Assembly (NCBI RefSeq): GCF_006345805.1
Contig: NC_042998.1
Coordinates: forward strand, 203,608,001-203,672,000
Length of the DNA stretch: 64,000 bases
From: Octopus sinensis
Taxonomy: Eukaryota
Direction: 5' to 3'
Position 1 is the first letter of the stretch. Each line of letters starts with the position of its first letter. The notes beneath the pieces were generated by a model that had not been told where the DNA came from, did no database searches, and saw only the letters and a list, made by a program, of their open reading frames with translations. Below, piece by piece: positions 27,103 to 39,200 of the stretch. The position numbers were made by a program, and so were the translations under genes.

Positions 27103-27608
27103 TAGAAAAATTAATATTTCTAAATCTCTCAACGAGAAACATTCAGCAACAGTACTCTAGAGTAAAGATTATTTGCGAACATAATGTGGAAGTCTTGGTT
27201 AGGACGAATGTTACTGTTATTTAGCTCCAAGAAACATCGTCTCCATCTGGTTATACGATACTGTATCCTTATATTTTCAAACAAGGGAGTTTAGTGTCCC
27301 CACCCAGCACAAAGCAATATCTGCGTACCATGGTTCTGGCCAAGCAGTTATTCTGTGCTGATGGAGGGGAAATAACCCAAAAAACCATGGTACGCTTTGT
27401 GTTAAGTGGGGACGCTAAACCCTAATATTCAAAAATATAAGGATACTGTGTGTCATATTGCTAGCTGGAGGCGATGATTCCTGGGGCTAAATAACAGTAA
27501 CATTCGTCCTAACCAGGACTGCTACATTAGGTTGATGAATAAACTTTACTCTAGAGTACTGTTACTAAATGGCTCTCATTGAGAGATTTAGAAATAATTA
27601 ATTTTCTA
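27103..27608. repeat. Long fold-back palindrome (arms ~27103-27335 and 27383-27608)
   Basis: Reverse-complement blocks AGTACTCTAGAGTAAAG, TTAGGACGAATGTTACTGTTATTTAGC, GTATCCTTATATTTT and GTACCATGGTT. Confidence 0.85.
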
Positions 27609-27919
27609 CTTATTAGATCAGTGACCATGTGTCACTTTGAAAATTCTATGTTGGCAAATAATCTTTACTCTCTCTATATATCACCATCATTGACGTTTAA
27701 CGTCCATCACCCATGCTGGCATGGGTTGGACAGTTTGACTGGTGACTGGTAAGCCAGAGAGCTGCACCCAGCTCCAGTCTGATTTGGCATGGTTTCTATG
27801 GCTGGATGCCCTTCCTAATGCCAACCACTCCAAGAGTGTGCTGGGTTATGTGGCACAAGACTCTTGCAGGCCAATCATCTTCACCAAGGGAAGCAACCTT
27901 ATCTGTAGGGTGATGATGA

Positions 27920-28754
27920 TAATAATAATAATAATGCAGCAAATATTCTGCTTTTGTCTTGGTATAAAAGATGGGCTACAGCAAATATTCTGCTCAATAC
28001 CACAGATTTGCTTGTCAGTTGTTTCTACAGCTGGATGCCCTTCCTAATGCCAACCACTCCATGAGTGTAGTGGGTGCTTTTTACATGCCACTGGCACAGG
28101 GGCCAGAGTAGGCTGGCAAACGGCCACAATCGGTGGATGCTTTTATGTGTCACCGACACGAATGCCAAAACAAGGGGGTTTTACCATTGATAAACAAAAA
28201 ATTGCTGAAAATAGTTTTTGGCATGCATGTGAATAAATAAAAAAAACTATACGTTTTCCAAATTCAGGTGCACCCCCAAACTCCAAAACAAATTCTCCTA
28301 TATTAATTATTTAATAATGATAATGAAAATAATAATAATAATAATAATAATAATGCAGCAAATATTCTGCTTTTGTCTTGGTATAAAAGATGGGCTACAG
28401 CAAATATTCTGCTCAATACCACAGATTTGCTTGTCAGTTGTTTCTACAGCTGGATGCCCTTCCTAATGCCAACCACTCCGTGAGTGTAGTGGGTGCTTTT
28501 TACATGCCACTGGCACAGGGGCCAGAGCAGGCTGGCAAACGGCCACAATCGGTGGATGCTTTTATGTGTCACCGACACGAATGCCAAAACAAGGGGGTTT
28601 TACCATTGATAAACAAAAAATTGCTGAAAATAGTTTTTGGCATGCATGGGAATAAATAAAAAAAACTATACGTTTTCCAAATTCAGGTGCACCCCCAAAC
28701 CCCCAAACTCCAAAACAAATTCTCCTATATTAATTATTTAATAATGATAATGAA

Positions 28755-28780
<26 letters not shown>
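27920..28780. repeat. Tandem duplication, unit ~419 bp, two copies
   Basis: GCAGCAAATATTCTGCTTTTGTC starts at 27936 and 28355; the units are near identical through to the (AAT)n end. Confidence 0.92.
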
Positions 28781-28786
<6 letters not shown>

Positions 28787-28787
<1 letters not shown>

Positions 28788-29083
28788 CTTTATATATAAA
28801 AGAGAGGTTGTGCTGTCTGTCTCCTACGATTTAGATTCCTAACTACTCCCACATTTTGCAGTGCAGTTTAACCAAAACCGGGTATCTTATAGTCGTGATT
28901 CATATCGAGCCCTTCTGGGTATTAGCGCGCGTCTACAATGAGTCTACGATTTCAAAAAAAATTTACCATCATTTTTTTCCATTTTTAATGCATTTTTTTG
29001 CTATTTTTTGGCTATAACTCTCTAAAAATGCTTATATAGTTATTTCCCTTACAAACCTGAGCAACGCCGGGCGATACTGCTAG
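28787..29083 (+). mobile_element. Non-autonomous Helitron
   Basis: A|TCTTTATATATAAAA start, CCTGAGCAACGCCGGG hairpin, ATACTGCTAG|T end; 3' end shared with 11117-11489. Confidence 0.7.
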
Positions 29084-29385
29084 TAAGTAATGAATAAATA
29101 ATAACTTGTTAAATAAATTGGTCATAATTGATTAATTGGCATCAGTTTGGTGTTGCATTTCAGAACTTTGAATGACTTGTTTTATAATAATTTACAAATG
29201 TTAAATTGGAGACAGAAAGAGGCAGCAGCATTAGAAAATGGTAATTATGTTAATTATGCTTAATTATGTTTACAGCCACATGCAAGACGCTCTAATGGAT
29301 TCCATATTGCATTTCCTGTGTTATGTAAGGTTTCTCAGAAAATTACTGCTTTTGTAGTCTAACATGCCCACCACCACCAACTGGA

Positions 29386-29419
<34 letters not shown>

Positions 29420-31239
29420 TTGTGGTTGTGTGGTATGAAGCTTCTTTCTTAACCACATGGTCCTGGGTTCAGTCCTACTGCATGGCATCCTGGGCAAGTG
29501 TCTGCTACTGTTAGCCTAGGGTCAACCGAAACCTCATGAGTAGATTTGGTAAACAGAAAACTCATAGCATATCTGTGTGTGTGTGTGTAAGTTTTCTTCA
29601 TCAGAGTCATTCTAGCACACACACACACACACACACACAGTGGGAGAAAGTGATTGAGAAAATAAGCAGCTGCTTCTTAAAGAATAGGCTGAATAAAAAA
29701 AAAATGTGAAAATATAGGCGCAGGAGTGGCTGTGTGTTAAGTAGCTTGCTTACCAACCACATAGTTCTGGGTTCAGTCCCACTGCATGGCACCTTGGGCA
29801 AGTGTCATTTATTCTTGCCTCAGGCCGACCAAAGCCTTGTGAGTGGATTTGGCAGGCGGAAACTGAAAGAAGCCCATCATATATACATAATATATATATA
29901 TATATATATCATCATCGTTTAACATCCGTTTTCTGTGCTAGCACAGGTTGTGGGTGATATATATCATCATCATCATCATCTTCGTTTAGCGTCTGCTTTC
30001 CATGCTAGCATGGGTTGGACGGTTCAACTGGGGTCTGGGAAGCCAGGAGGCTGCACCAGGCCCAGTCTGATCTGGCAATGTTTCTACGGCTGGATGCCCT
30101 TCCTAACGCCAACCACTCCGTGAGTGTAGTGGGTGCTTTTTACATGCCACTAGCACAGGTGCCAGGGGAGGCTGGCAACGGCCACAATCGGTTGGTGCTT
30201 TTTACGTGCCACCGGCACAGGTAAAGAATATTTTATGTAAAGTAAAAGGAATGCCGAGATCATTTAGAATAAAAAATATTATTATTATAATCGTTTTCTG
30301 AATCACTCACACCATCACTTGTGAATGCGATTGCTGATTCACAAACTCTCGTAGACACACCTGTAGATTTCTTTTTTTTTTTTTTTTTTTTATATATATA
30401 TATGTATATGTTTGTGTGTCTGTGTTTGTCCCCACAACATCGCTTGACATCCGATGCTGGTGTGTTTATGTACCCGTAACTTCTTAGCGGTTCAGCAAAA
30501 GAGACTGATAGAATAAGTACTGGGGTCGATTTGCTCGACTAAAAGGCGGTGCTCCAGCATGGCCATAGTCAAATGACTGAAACAAGTAAAAGAATACAAA
30601 AAGGTAATTTTCTCTCTTGCGTCTCTTGAAATCTTTCACTTGCTTCTGTCGTCAGACTGTGGCCATGCTGGGGCACCATATTGAAGAATTTTCGTCGAAC
30701 AATTCAACACCAGTATCTTCTCTGTTCTTATACCAGGTCCTCATTGTATCAGTTTCTCTTGGCAGACTGCTACGTTGTGTGGATGTAAACACGCCAGCGC
30801 CAGTCTTCAAGCGGTAGTGGGATCAACACACAGACACAAAGACAGACAGATATGCACACACTAGACTGTGGCCATGCTGGGGCATTGCCTTGAGATATAT
30901 AAGTAGGATTAAGGCGGCGAGCTGGCAGAAACATTAGCATGCTGGGCGAAATGCGTAGCTGTATTTCGTCTGCCGTTACGTTCTGGGTTCAAATTCCGCC
31001 GAGGTCGCCTTTGCCTTTCATCCTTTCGGGGTCGATAAATTAAGTACCAGTTACGCACTGGGGTTGATATAATCGACTTAATCCGTTTGTCTTTCCTTGT
31101 TTGTCCTCTCTGTGGTTGGCCCTTGTGGGTAGTAAAGAAAAAAAATATATATATATAAGCGGGACTGAACCTGGACCATGTGGTTGGAAAGCAAGCTTCT
31201 TTCCACACAACCATGCCTGACTATGTCTCCCAAAATTGA

Positions 31240-31245
31240 TTTATT
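31240..31245 (-). terminator. Candidate AP4B1 polyadenylation signal
   Basis: AATAAA on the - strand ~770 nt past the TAA at 32014, followed by GT-rich sequence; not verified. Confidence 0.3.
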
Positions 31246-32013
31246 GAAACAAGAGAACGTTTATACTGCTGTCATAGAGACAAAATGAGTGGATAACAAC
31301 AGCAACAACAATGTAAGCAAGAACAAAAGTCTATCATCATTGAAACTATTTTCGCTGGATTTTCCTCTTCTTCCTCATAATAAACCTAGTTTCACTTTTG
31401 ACTCATTTCCTCCCACTATTTCCTCCTTAACCCTTTACCATTTAAACTCGCCACAGTCAGATCCAGCCTCTCACACCTACAATACAATGTCATTCTAAAA
31501 ATGAATTAATCACACCATCATCAAAATCTTGAAGACACAAGATCGTTATCATAATTAATTCAAGACAATTTGAATAATAAGCATTGTGTTTGATTGAGTA
31601 ATCTGAATGATAAAAGGTTTATAATTAAGTCTACGACTACATTAATCAAATGATTTACTTTTTTAAAGATGTTTGGGTGTAATCTGAAGGAGATTTGGCT
31701 GAGTAACCATCCAGAAATATTCTCTGTCAGCTTGATGGAGACCATCACCCTACAAGCTATAATCGCAGAAGAATCCACACAATGCTTCATTCTAAAAACA
31801 CCCTTGTCATTTTATAATACTCCCACTGATTACCTCAGTGAACAGAATCCACAGTAAGGAGTTTGCCAACAGCTCATTGGATCGGGTGCACACAGTTACC
31901 TGCCAATATTAAAATCAATGCAATCAACCTGTCCCCCCCCCCAAACTTGTTGGCCTTGTGCCAAAAACTGGAAAGCAATATTAAAACCAATGATAATAAC
32001 AGTTTAACATTAA

Positions 32014-33534
32014 TTACGATTTTTTATTCAAAACAATTCTCTTTGCATTTTCAGGTCCTTGCTTCAGAAGATTATAATAATATAAAGCCTTGCTATTGAG
32101 ATCTTTGTTCCTTGAAACGGAGCAAATCTCCAGCAATCCTCCAAGCATGTGCTGGCACTCAGCGGGGCGCGTGAGGAACAGTTTCATTACAGCAGTCAGC
32201 AGGTAAGCTTTCATAGTGTCCGTACATTCTTCGATGTAATTCTCTATAAATTCTTGGATAGCGTAAGGACTAGACTCTAACATGTAACCGTATTCTCCAA
32301 GTAGAAACAAGTTTGCACAACAGCCATTCTCATTAGCTGGGTTTAAGTTCTCTCTTGAACAAATTGATCTCATAAGGTTTTCAAGGTGGACGTAGGACGT
32401 CAAATCTAGCAACTCAAGAACTTGAAAGACATTTGCTTGAACACTTTGTTCAGGAATCTCCAGCAATTCTTCAAGTTTCTTGATGCAGTATTCAAAATAA
32501 AGCGAGTCTTGTTTGGCTATTTTACCAATTGCTTTCATTGCACAGAAGGAAACGTTGGAGGAAACCTCGGAGCAATACATTCGCAGTTCATCAAGAATTT
32601 CAGGGAAATTTGTACTTGTCACCAATGAAGGCAGAATCTCAATTTTTCGCATTTTTAAATAAGGAGGTTCCTTGAAACGACAGAAGAAAGCCTTGTGATA
32701 TTGTGAAAATATACTTTTGGAACTGTCCAAGAAGTTTTCAATGAAGAGAATGATGGAATACGTGAGTTCAATGTTACCTGAATTCAGGCCACTGACAAAC
32801 ATTTCTTTGCATTGGTTCAGGACTTCATTCTTGAGGTGTGGCATTGCCGTTATCAGATGTAAGAAAAGTTCCAAACTACTCATGAACACAGAATATGTCG
32901 TTTCCTTTAAATAGTCGTCCAATATATTAAGAATGTTGAACACTTCGTCTTCACTTTTAGGCACGTATTTCTTCAGGAGGGACAAAACATACGTTCGACC
33001 CCAATTGGTAAATTTTGGTAATGTTATAAGTAAGTGATACGACATTTTTTGGTTGATGACGACTCCACCTTCGTCTTTGAGAATTTCTTCCAATGCCATG
33101 AGACAATTTACAACAACAATTGGATCTGGATCTCGGATTAGACTGTACAGTTTATCGATAATCCCTGTATCTAAGATAGACTCTGGATTAAGGTGATGTA
33201 GTCGGATACTTGACAGAGCAGCAATACGCCGCACATAGGAACTGTGGTCGTTGAGGCCATTCTGTATGGCCTGCAAGATATGTTCACTTGCCGATTCCTG
33301 TCGTAATGAACAGAGAGTACGAAGTGAAAGACCACGGGTCATTGGCGAGCTGTCTTTACAATCCCGAAGAAGCGAGTTGATGACCAACAACACCAAGTCG
33401 GAACTCTTCTCAATTTGGACACACACAAATTCACAAGCAAATTTTTTGACCAGAGGGTCATGATGGGCAAGAAGTTTAGCAATATGAGGTGACAGGCTGG
33501 TGACATCGATTCCTCGGCTGATCAAATTCATCAC
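32014..33534 (-). CDS. AP4B1: AP-4 complex subunit beta-1, exon 2 (whole adaptin N-terminal trunk) ending ...GPENAKRIVLNKKS*
   Basis: 506-codon ORF with AP4B1-specific segments DPDPIVVVNCLMALEEILKDEGGVVIN and LFLTRPAECQHMLGGLL. Strong acceptor (long pyrimidine tract + tag) immediately before 33534. Confidence 0.95.
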   Translation of the reverse strand: MMNLISRGIDVTSLSPHIAKLLAHHDPLVKKFACEFVCVQIEKSSDLVLLVINSLLRDCKDSSPMTRGLSLRTLCSLRQESASEHILQAIQNGLNDHSSYVRRIAALSSIRLHHLNPESILDTGIIDKLYSLIRDPDPIVVVNCLMALEEILKDEGGVVINQKMSYHLLITLPKFTNWGRTYVLSLLKKYVPKSEDEVFNILNILDDYLKETTYSVFMSSLELFLHLITAMPHLKNEVLNQCKEMFVSGLNSGNIELTYSIILFIENFLDSSKSIFSQYHKAFFCRFKEPPYLKMRKIEILPSLVTSTNFPEILDELRMYCSEVSSNVSFCAMKAIGKIAKQDSLYFEYCIKKLEELLEIPEQSVQANVFQVLELLDLTSYVHLENLMRSICSRENLNPANENGCCANLFLLGEYGYMLESSPYAIQEFIENYIEECTDTMKAYLLTAVMKLFLTRPAECQHMLGGLLEICSVSRNKDLNSKALYYYNLLKQGPENAKRIVLNKKS

Positions 33535-34269
33535 CTAAATGGAAGGAAAAGAAAAAAAAAAAAGAAATATGGTTAGTTTCATTTGTTTTGGAAAATATTA
33601 TCAAAGTGTCTGGCATTAACAGAATGTCTAACCCATGCCAGCATGGAAAGCGGACATTCAACAACAATGATGATGATGATGATGATATAATCAAATGAAA
33701 CATTTTGGAAGTGTGTGCAGATACAGATGTGTGGCTGCTTCATAAACCCAGCTTTAATGTTTAATCTCATTGCATAACACAGCGTGTGTGTGTGTGTGTG
33801 AGTGAGTGCATGTGTGTGTTTCTACACATGTGTGTGTCTTTGTATTTATTCCTTCTTCTCTAACAGCCAGTGTTGGTTTGTCTGTGTCTACATAACTTAA
33901 CAGTTCAGTAAACAGACACTGATAGAATACTTATCAGTCTTAAAAAAAAAAGTATTATCATTATTATAAGATGGTGCCCCAGCAAAACTCCAATGATTGA
34001 AACAAGTAAAAAATATAATGAAATCCATGTTGTAGGCCCACGTTAATGAGCCTCAGCACATACCTACACACACACATCATCATTTAACGTCTGTTCTCCA
34101 TGCTGGCATGGGTTGACCGGTTTGACTGAAAACTGGTAAGCTGGGTGGGGAGTGGTGGAGCTGCACCAGGTTTCAATCTGATTTGGTATGGTTTCTACAG
34201 CTGGATGGCCTTCCTCGTGCCAACCATTCCAAGAGTATAAGAGGTGCTTTTCACATGCCACTGGCACAG

Positions 34270-34790
34270 GTGCCAGTTACGAAACATCAGCCTTGGATAC
34301 GATCTCACCTGGCTTGACAGGTTTTCTCAAGCGAGGCATATCGCCAAAGGTCTCAGTCACCTGTCATTGCCTCCAAGAGGCCCAAGATCATAATTCACCA
34401 CCTCGTCCCATGTCTTAATGGGTCTACCTCTTCCACAGGTTCCCTCCACAGTTAGAGATCGGCACTTCTTTACACAGCTGTCCTCATCCATACACATCAC
34501 ACGGCCATACCAGTGCAGTCGTCTCTGTTTCACTCTACATTTGATGTCTCTTATGCCCAACTTTTCTCTCAAGACGCTTACACTCTGTTGTACATGCACA
34601 CTGACATTGCACCTCCAGGGAAGAATACTAGCTTCATTCCTTGCAAGCTTATGCATATCCTCAGCAGTCACAGCCCATGTTTCTCTGTCGTGTAGCATGG
34701 CTGTTTGCACACAGGCATCATACAATCTGCCTTTCACTCTGAGAAGCCCTTTGTTGCCAGCAGAAGTAGGAGCTCTCTGAACTTCACCCA
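34270..34790 (-). mobile_element. RTE-type LINE 3' fragment
   Basis: KGRLYDACVQTAMLH..ETWAV...RRLHWYGRV...GTCGRGRPIKTWDEVV, typical of an RTE ORF C-terminus. Confidence 0.85.
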
Positions 34791-37073
34791 GCCTATTCTT
34801 ATTCTAGGAGCTACACTCTCAGAGCATTCACCTCTGCTACTGACTTGGTCACCTAGGTAACGGAAGCTATCAACTACTTCTAGTTTTTCCCCCTAGCATT
34901 TGATGGAGCCTATTTTCTACACATTTCTGGCGTTTATTCTACCTGTGCACCTTCCACACACAAAAGCTATTTTCCCTGTTGACCTTCTTCTGATATTGCT
35001 GCACCTCTTATACCAGGTACATAACTTACTCCAGGTACATCTTATGGAGTTGCTACTGATGCCTTTTCCACACATTGAGCTACTTACGGAGACTATGGCA
35101 TTTGCTAGATTAACTCTCAGGCACTTCGATTCTCAACCTTGCTTCTATGCCTGAAATTTCATTATCATCATCATCATCGTTGTTTAACGTCTGCTTTCCG
35201 TGCTGGCATGGGTTGGACAGTTTGACTGTGGACTGGCAAGCCAGGAGGCTGCACCAGGCTTCAATTTGATCTGGCAGAGTTTCTACAGCTGGATGCCCTT
35301 CCTAATGCCAACCACTCCAAGAGTGTAGTGGATGCTTTTTATGATGATGATGGTTTTGGGTTAAGAAGCTTGCTCCTCAACCATGTGGATTTGGGTTCAG
35401 TCCCACTCTATGACAACTGGGACGAATGTCTTGTATAATAGCCCTGGGTCAACCAAAGCCTTGTGAGAGGATTTGGTAGATGGAAACCTTTGGCTGAAGC
35501 TTGTCATGTGTTGGTGTGTGTGTGTGTGTGTGCACGTGTCATTGTCTTGACATCAAGTGATAATTGTAAATAAACACTGTTGCCATGCAGGGAATATTGT
35601 TTGCTTGCAGTCTTCCATATAAAACACGCCTGGTCAGGGGGAAATATTACTTTGCTTAGAAACAGGTGAAGGTTGGTGACAGGAAGGGCATCCAGCCATA
35701 GAAAATCTACCCCAACAAATTCTGTCTGTCCCATGCATACATGGAAATGGCTGTCCAAGAATTTGAACCAGGAGATCTCCATTTCCAGCGACTTCAAGGG
35801 CCACCTCCCAGTGGTGTTGGGCGTCAACGAAGAGCCCTCGACTACAACAAGACGACCAAAGCTTTTTGTTTCCAAGGTCTGAGGTCTCCCGCCCCTAAGC
35901 CCTAGACCATCACTTAATCACCCTTACCCACCTTGTTGCTTAACAACAACAACAACAACTAAATGGAAATGTGGACGTTAAAACGATGATGATGTTTTAG
36001 TTTCTGAATTTTCAACAAAATGGTCTAGAGAGTGTTCGCATACGGAAACCACGTTATTCACCTCCTTTTTTCAGCCCATTCTCTTTGTATAAATACAGGA
36101 AAGTTGTGTGGGTGAATGACGTAGTATACCAATACCGAAGTATTGCTCCGAAAACTTCTCTGCACAAAAAACAAAGTACGTGATGTTAGAATATCTCTCA
36201 CCTTTCGGTTCTGACCGTTCTAACTTTGCCCCACCACATCACCACCCTAGCCCCACTCCCAGGGGCTATTTTCACATCTCGCGTCGCGGATTGTCTCAAA
36301 AATAACTGCCAAGTCATGACAGGCAACAGAAGAATCAGTTTCTTATTATAAATCTATTTAACCATGTCCCGTAGGTGTGCAGTGCTCACCCTGCACGGAC
36401 AGAATACACACTCCGGATCCGTCACAGGTCGGAAATTCATAAAGATCCCGAATGGAGTCCATTTTAGCAGAAAAGATTGAAAACTTTTGTCTCTTCAACG
36501 AATAAACGAAAGTTGTTCGATCCCAGGTCAATACTGATCGAATTATCTTCAAAGGGTCAGCTGTCAATCAACCCATTTTTCAACACTGATTAAACTAGTT
36601 TAAACTCAAAGGCGTTCCAGCAGTGACCATCATGTCTCTATTCGGGTGTTGTGTATCTAGGACTATAGTACACAGTAAATTTTCCCCTTTTCCATTTAAG
36701 ACGTTAGGGTGTGATACGAGGGCGATTTGGCTGTTGTTTATAACAGATCGAGCGACGACATAGATGCGTAATACGAAATAGTAGAGAACCATGCAGTGCC
36801 TTACAGTTCTGCTTTGGTAAATCTACGTTAGGTGTTCAAAACCTACTGAAATCGATAAAATAAACGGTTGGTTACACAGAGGAGACGATTTCTTTGGATT
36901 CTTCCGTCTCCGAAAAAAGTTGGCTTTTCTGAGATTGAATCAAGAATCGCGAAATGTCCCAGATTTTTGTTCGAAGTGAGAAGAAAGGGAGAATGCTTTT
37001 ATGTTTAACTTTTACAAACCTTGTCTTCTATTTCTTTGTATTAATAACAATAATAATGTGTGCGCGTGTAAAG

Positions 37074-37074
<1 letters not shown>

Positions 37075-37144
<70 letters not shown>

Positions 37145-37175
37145 ATATACATATATATATACATATATACACACA

Positions 37176-37206
<31 letters not shown>

Positions 37207-37265
37207 CATATATACACACACAATATATATATATATATATATATTATATATACATATATACACAC

Positions 37266-37312
<47 letters not shown>

Positions 37313-37570
37313 TATATACATATATACATATATATATATATTATATATATATATATAGAAAGAGAGAGAGACAGACAGACAGACAGATAGATAGACAGAG
37401 ATAGAATGATAGATATATATCTGTATATATATATATATAGAGAGATAGAGAGAAAGAGAGAGACAGACAGACAGAAAGATGGATAGATAGATAAACAGAG
37501 ATAGATAGAATGATAGATATATATCTGTATATATATATATAGAGAGAGAGATAAATAGATGGATAGATAG
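37075..37570. repeat. (TA)n followed by (AGAT/AGAC)n arrays in AP4B1 intron 1
   Basis: Direct reading. Confidence 0.9.
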
Positions 37571-37591
37571 AAGCGTAATGGTTAGAATTAC

Positions 37592-37690
37592 CTTGGCTAA
37601 GAGATTCCGACATGCTGTTTGGTCTGAGAGGACGGTGGGATCCTCAAGGTGTCGGATGATCTCATTTAAGCACCCAGCAGCAACATCCAT
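37592..37690 (-). CDS. AP4B1: AP4B1 first coding exon, MDVAAGCLNEIIRHLEDPTVLSDQTACRNLLAK
   Basis: ATG at 37690, donor AAG|gtaatt, phase 0. Joins exon 2 to give LLAK-VMNLISRGIDV, equivalent to human VIQRVIRYMTQGLDM. Confidence 0.85.
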
Positions 37691-38079
37691 CGCCACAAAT
37701 CGATGTTTTCATCTCAAATCTGATTGTGTCAAGATTAATGATCAACAAGTTATCTCCCTTAGAATTCGGTGTCGCCTCAAATAGTGAACCAAAGAAATAA
37801 TGGTTCATTGCTTCCTGGAAGTCATCCAACATTGGAAGCTGTTATAAATAAACTCAGTAAACCCGTTTTTTTTTTTGTTTTTTTTACTTGTTTCAGTCAT
37901 TTGACTGCGGCCATGCTGGAGCACCGCCTTTAGTCGAGCAAATCGACCCCGGGACTTATTCTTTGTAAGCCCAGTACTTATTCTATCGGTCTCTTTTGCC
38001 GAACCACTAAGTAACGGGGACGTAAACACACCAGCACCGGTTGTCAAGCAATGCTAGAGGGACAAACACAGACACACAT

Positions 38080-38116
<37 letters not shown>

Positions 38117-38957
38117 CATATACAACAGGCTTCTTTCAGTTTCCGTCTACCAAATCCACTCACAAGGCATTGGTTGGCCCGGGGCTATAGCAGAAGACAC
38201 TTGCCCAAGATGTCACGCAGTAGGACTGAACCCAGAACCATGTGGTTGGTAAGCAAGCTACTTACCTCACAGCCACTCCTGCGCCTTTGTTTATTTATTA
38301 TATAAATACTTGTATTTGTTTATATTTATTATTGGTTAATCAATGTAAGAAAGTGTTTGTCGTGTCAGCTCTGATCATACAAAGCGTGATCGATAGATTT
38401 GCTTTTCCAGTTTTCCACTTACATCACCAAACTAAACCCTGCAGCACACACTCACACACATAAGAGTCTTACATCGGATGGAATACGCAGCAGTCGTCTC
38501 TTCGCTATTCATTTTATACACCTGCAACCTCTGGTGTTGACCACAACCGACACGAATAAGAAGGGGAAAGACTTCGGCCCTCACCCCCACCGACCATTTT
38601 CTCCCAAATTTGTTTATTTAAAATTTTTTTTCGCCCAAAATCCTCGTTTTCGGATACGGAGGTTCCGGAAAATTGCCAAAAATCGGCATTGTGAACCCCC
38701 CACCCCATACACACCTTCACCCCAAATTCTTCAATTTTGCCCCCCCCCCCGGTTTTGGGGGGCAAGGACGGGCGGAAGTCTTGCAGGTAACATTAACTGT
38801 CGCAGTGTGACTGAGTCCTTCCTGGGCTAAGAGAAGCTATGAATGCTGTGCCATTCTCTGTATATATTTATTTAATGTTGGTGGGCGTTGAATGTGGGCA
38901 ACAGCGTTCTTAAGACGCTGTCCCGGGGCGGTTGCAGATGTAGTTATTCGTTACTAC

Positions 38958-39200
38958 ATTCTTCTTCTTCTTCTTCTTCGTCTTCTTCTTCTCCTCCTTC
39001 TCCTTCTCCTTCTTCTTCTCCTCCTTCCTCTTCTTCTCCTCCTCCTTCTTCTTCTCCTCCTTCTCCTTCTTCTTTTTCATCCTCTTCTTCTCCTCCTTCC
39101 TCTTCTCCTCCTTCTCCTTCTCCTTCTTCTTCTTCTTCTTCTTCTTCTCCTCCTCCTCCTCCTCCTCCTCCTCCTCCTTCTTCTTCTTCTTCTTCTTCTA
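38958..39200. repeat. (CTT/CTC)n polypyrimidine array
   Basis: Direct reading. Confidence 0.95.

Noticed and set aside
31560-31900. Splice-like signals downstream of AP4B1 (66-nt candidate 31898-31833 and ORF 31560-31790)
   Set aside because: The 66-nt piece gives an immediate stop in the phase needed after 32018, and neither translation resembles the beta4 hinge or ear; more likely 3' UTR.
38560-38780. Homopolymer-rich, oddly composed stretch
   Set aside because: It looks like low-quality consensus or decayed repeat; no interpretable structure.
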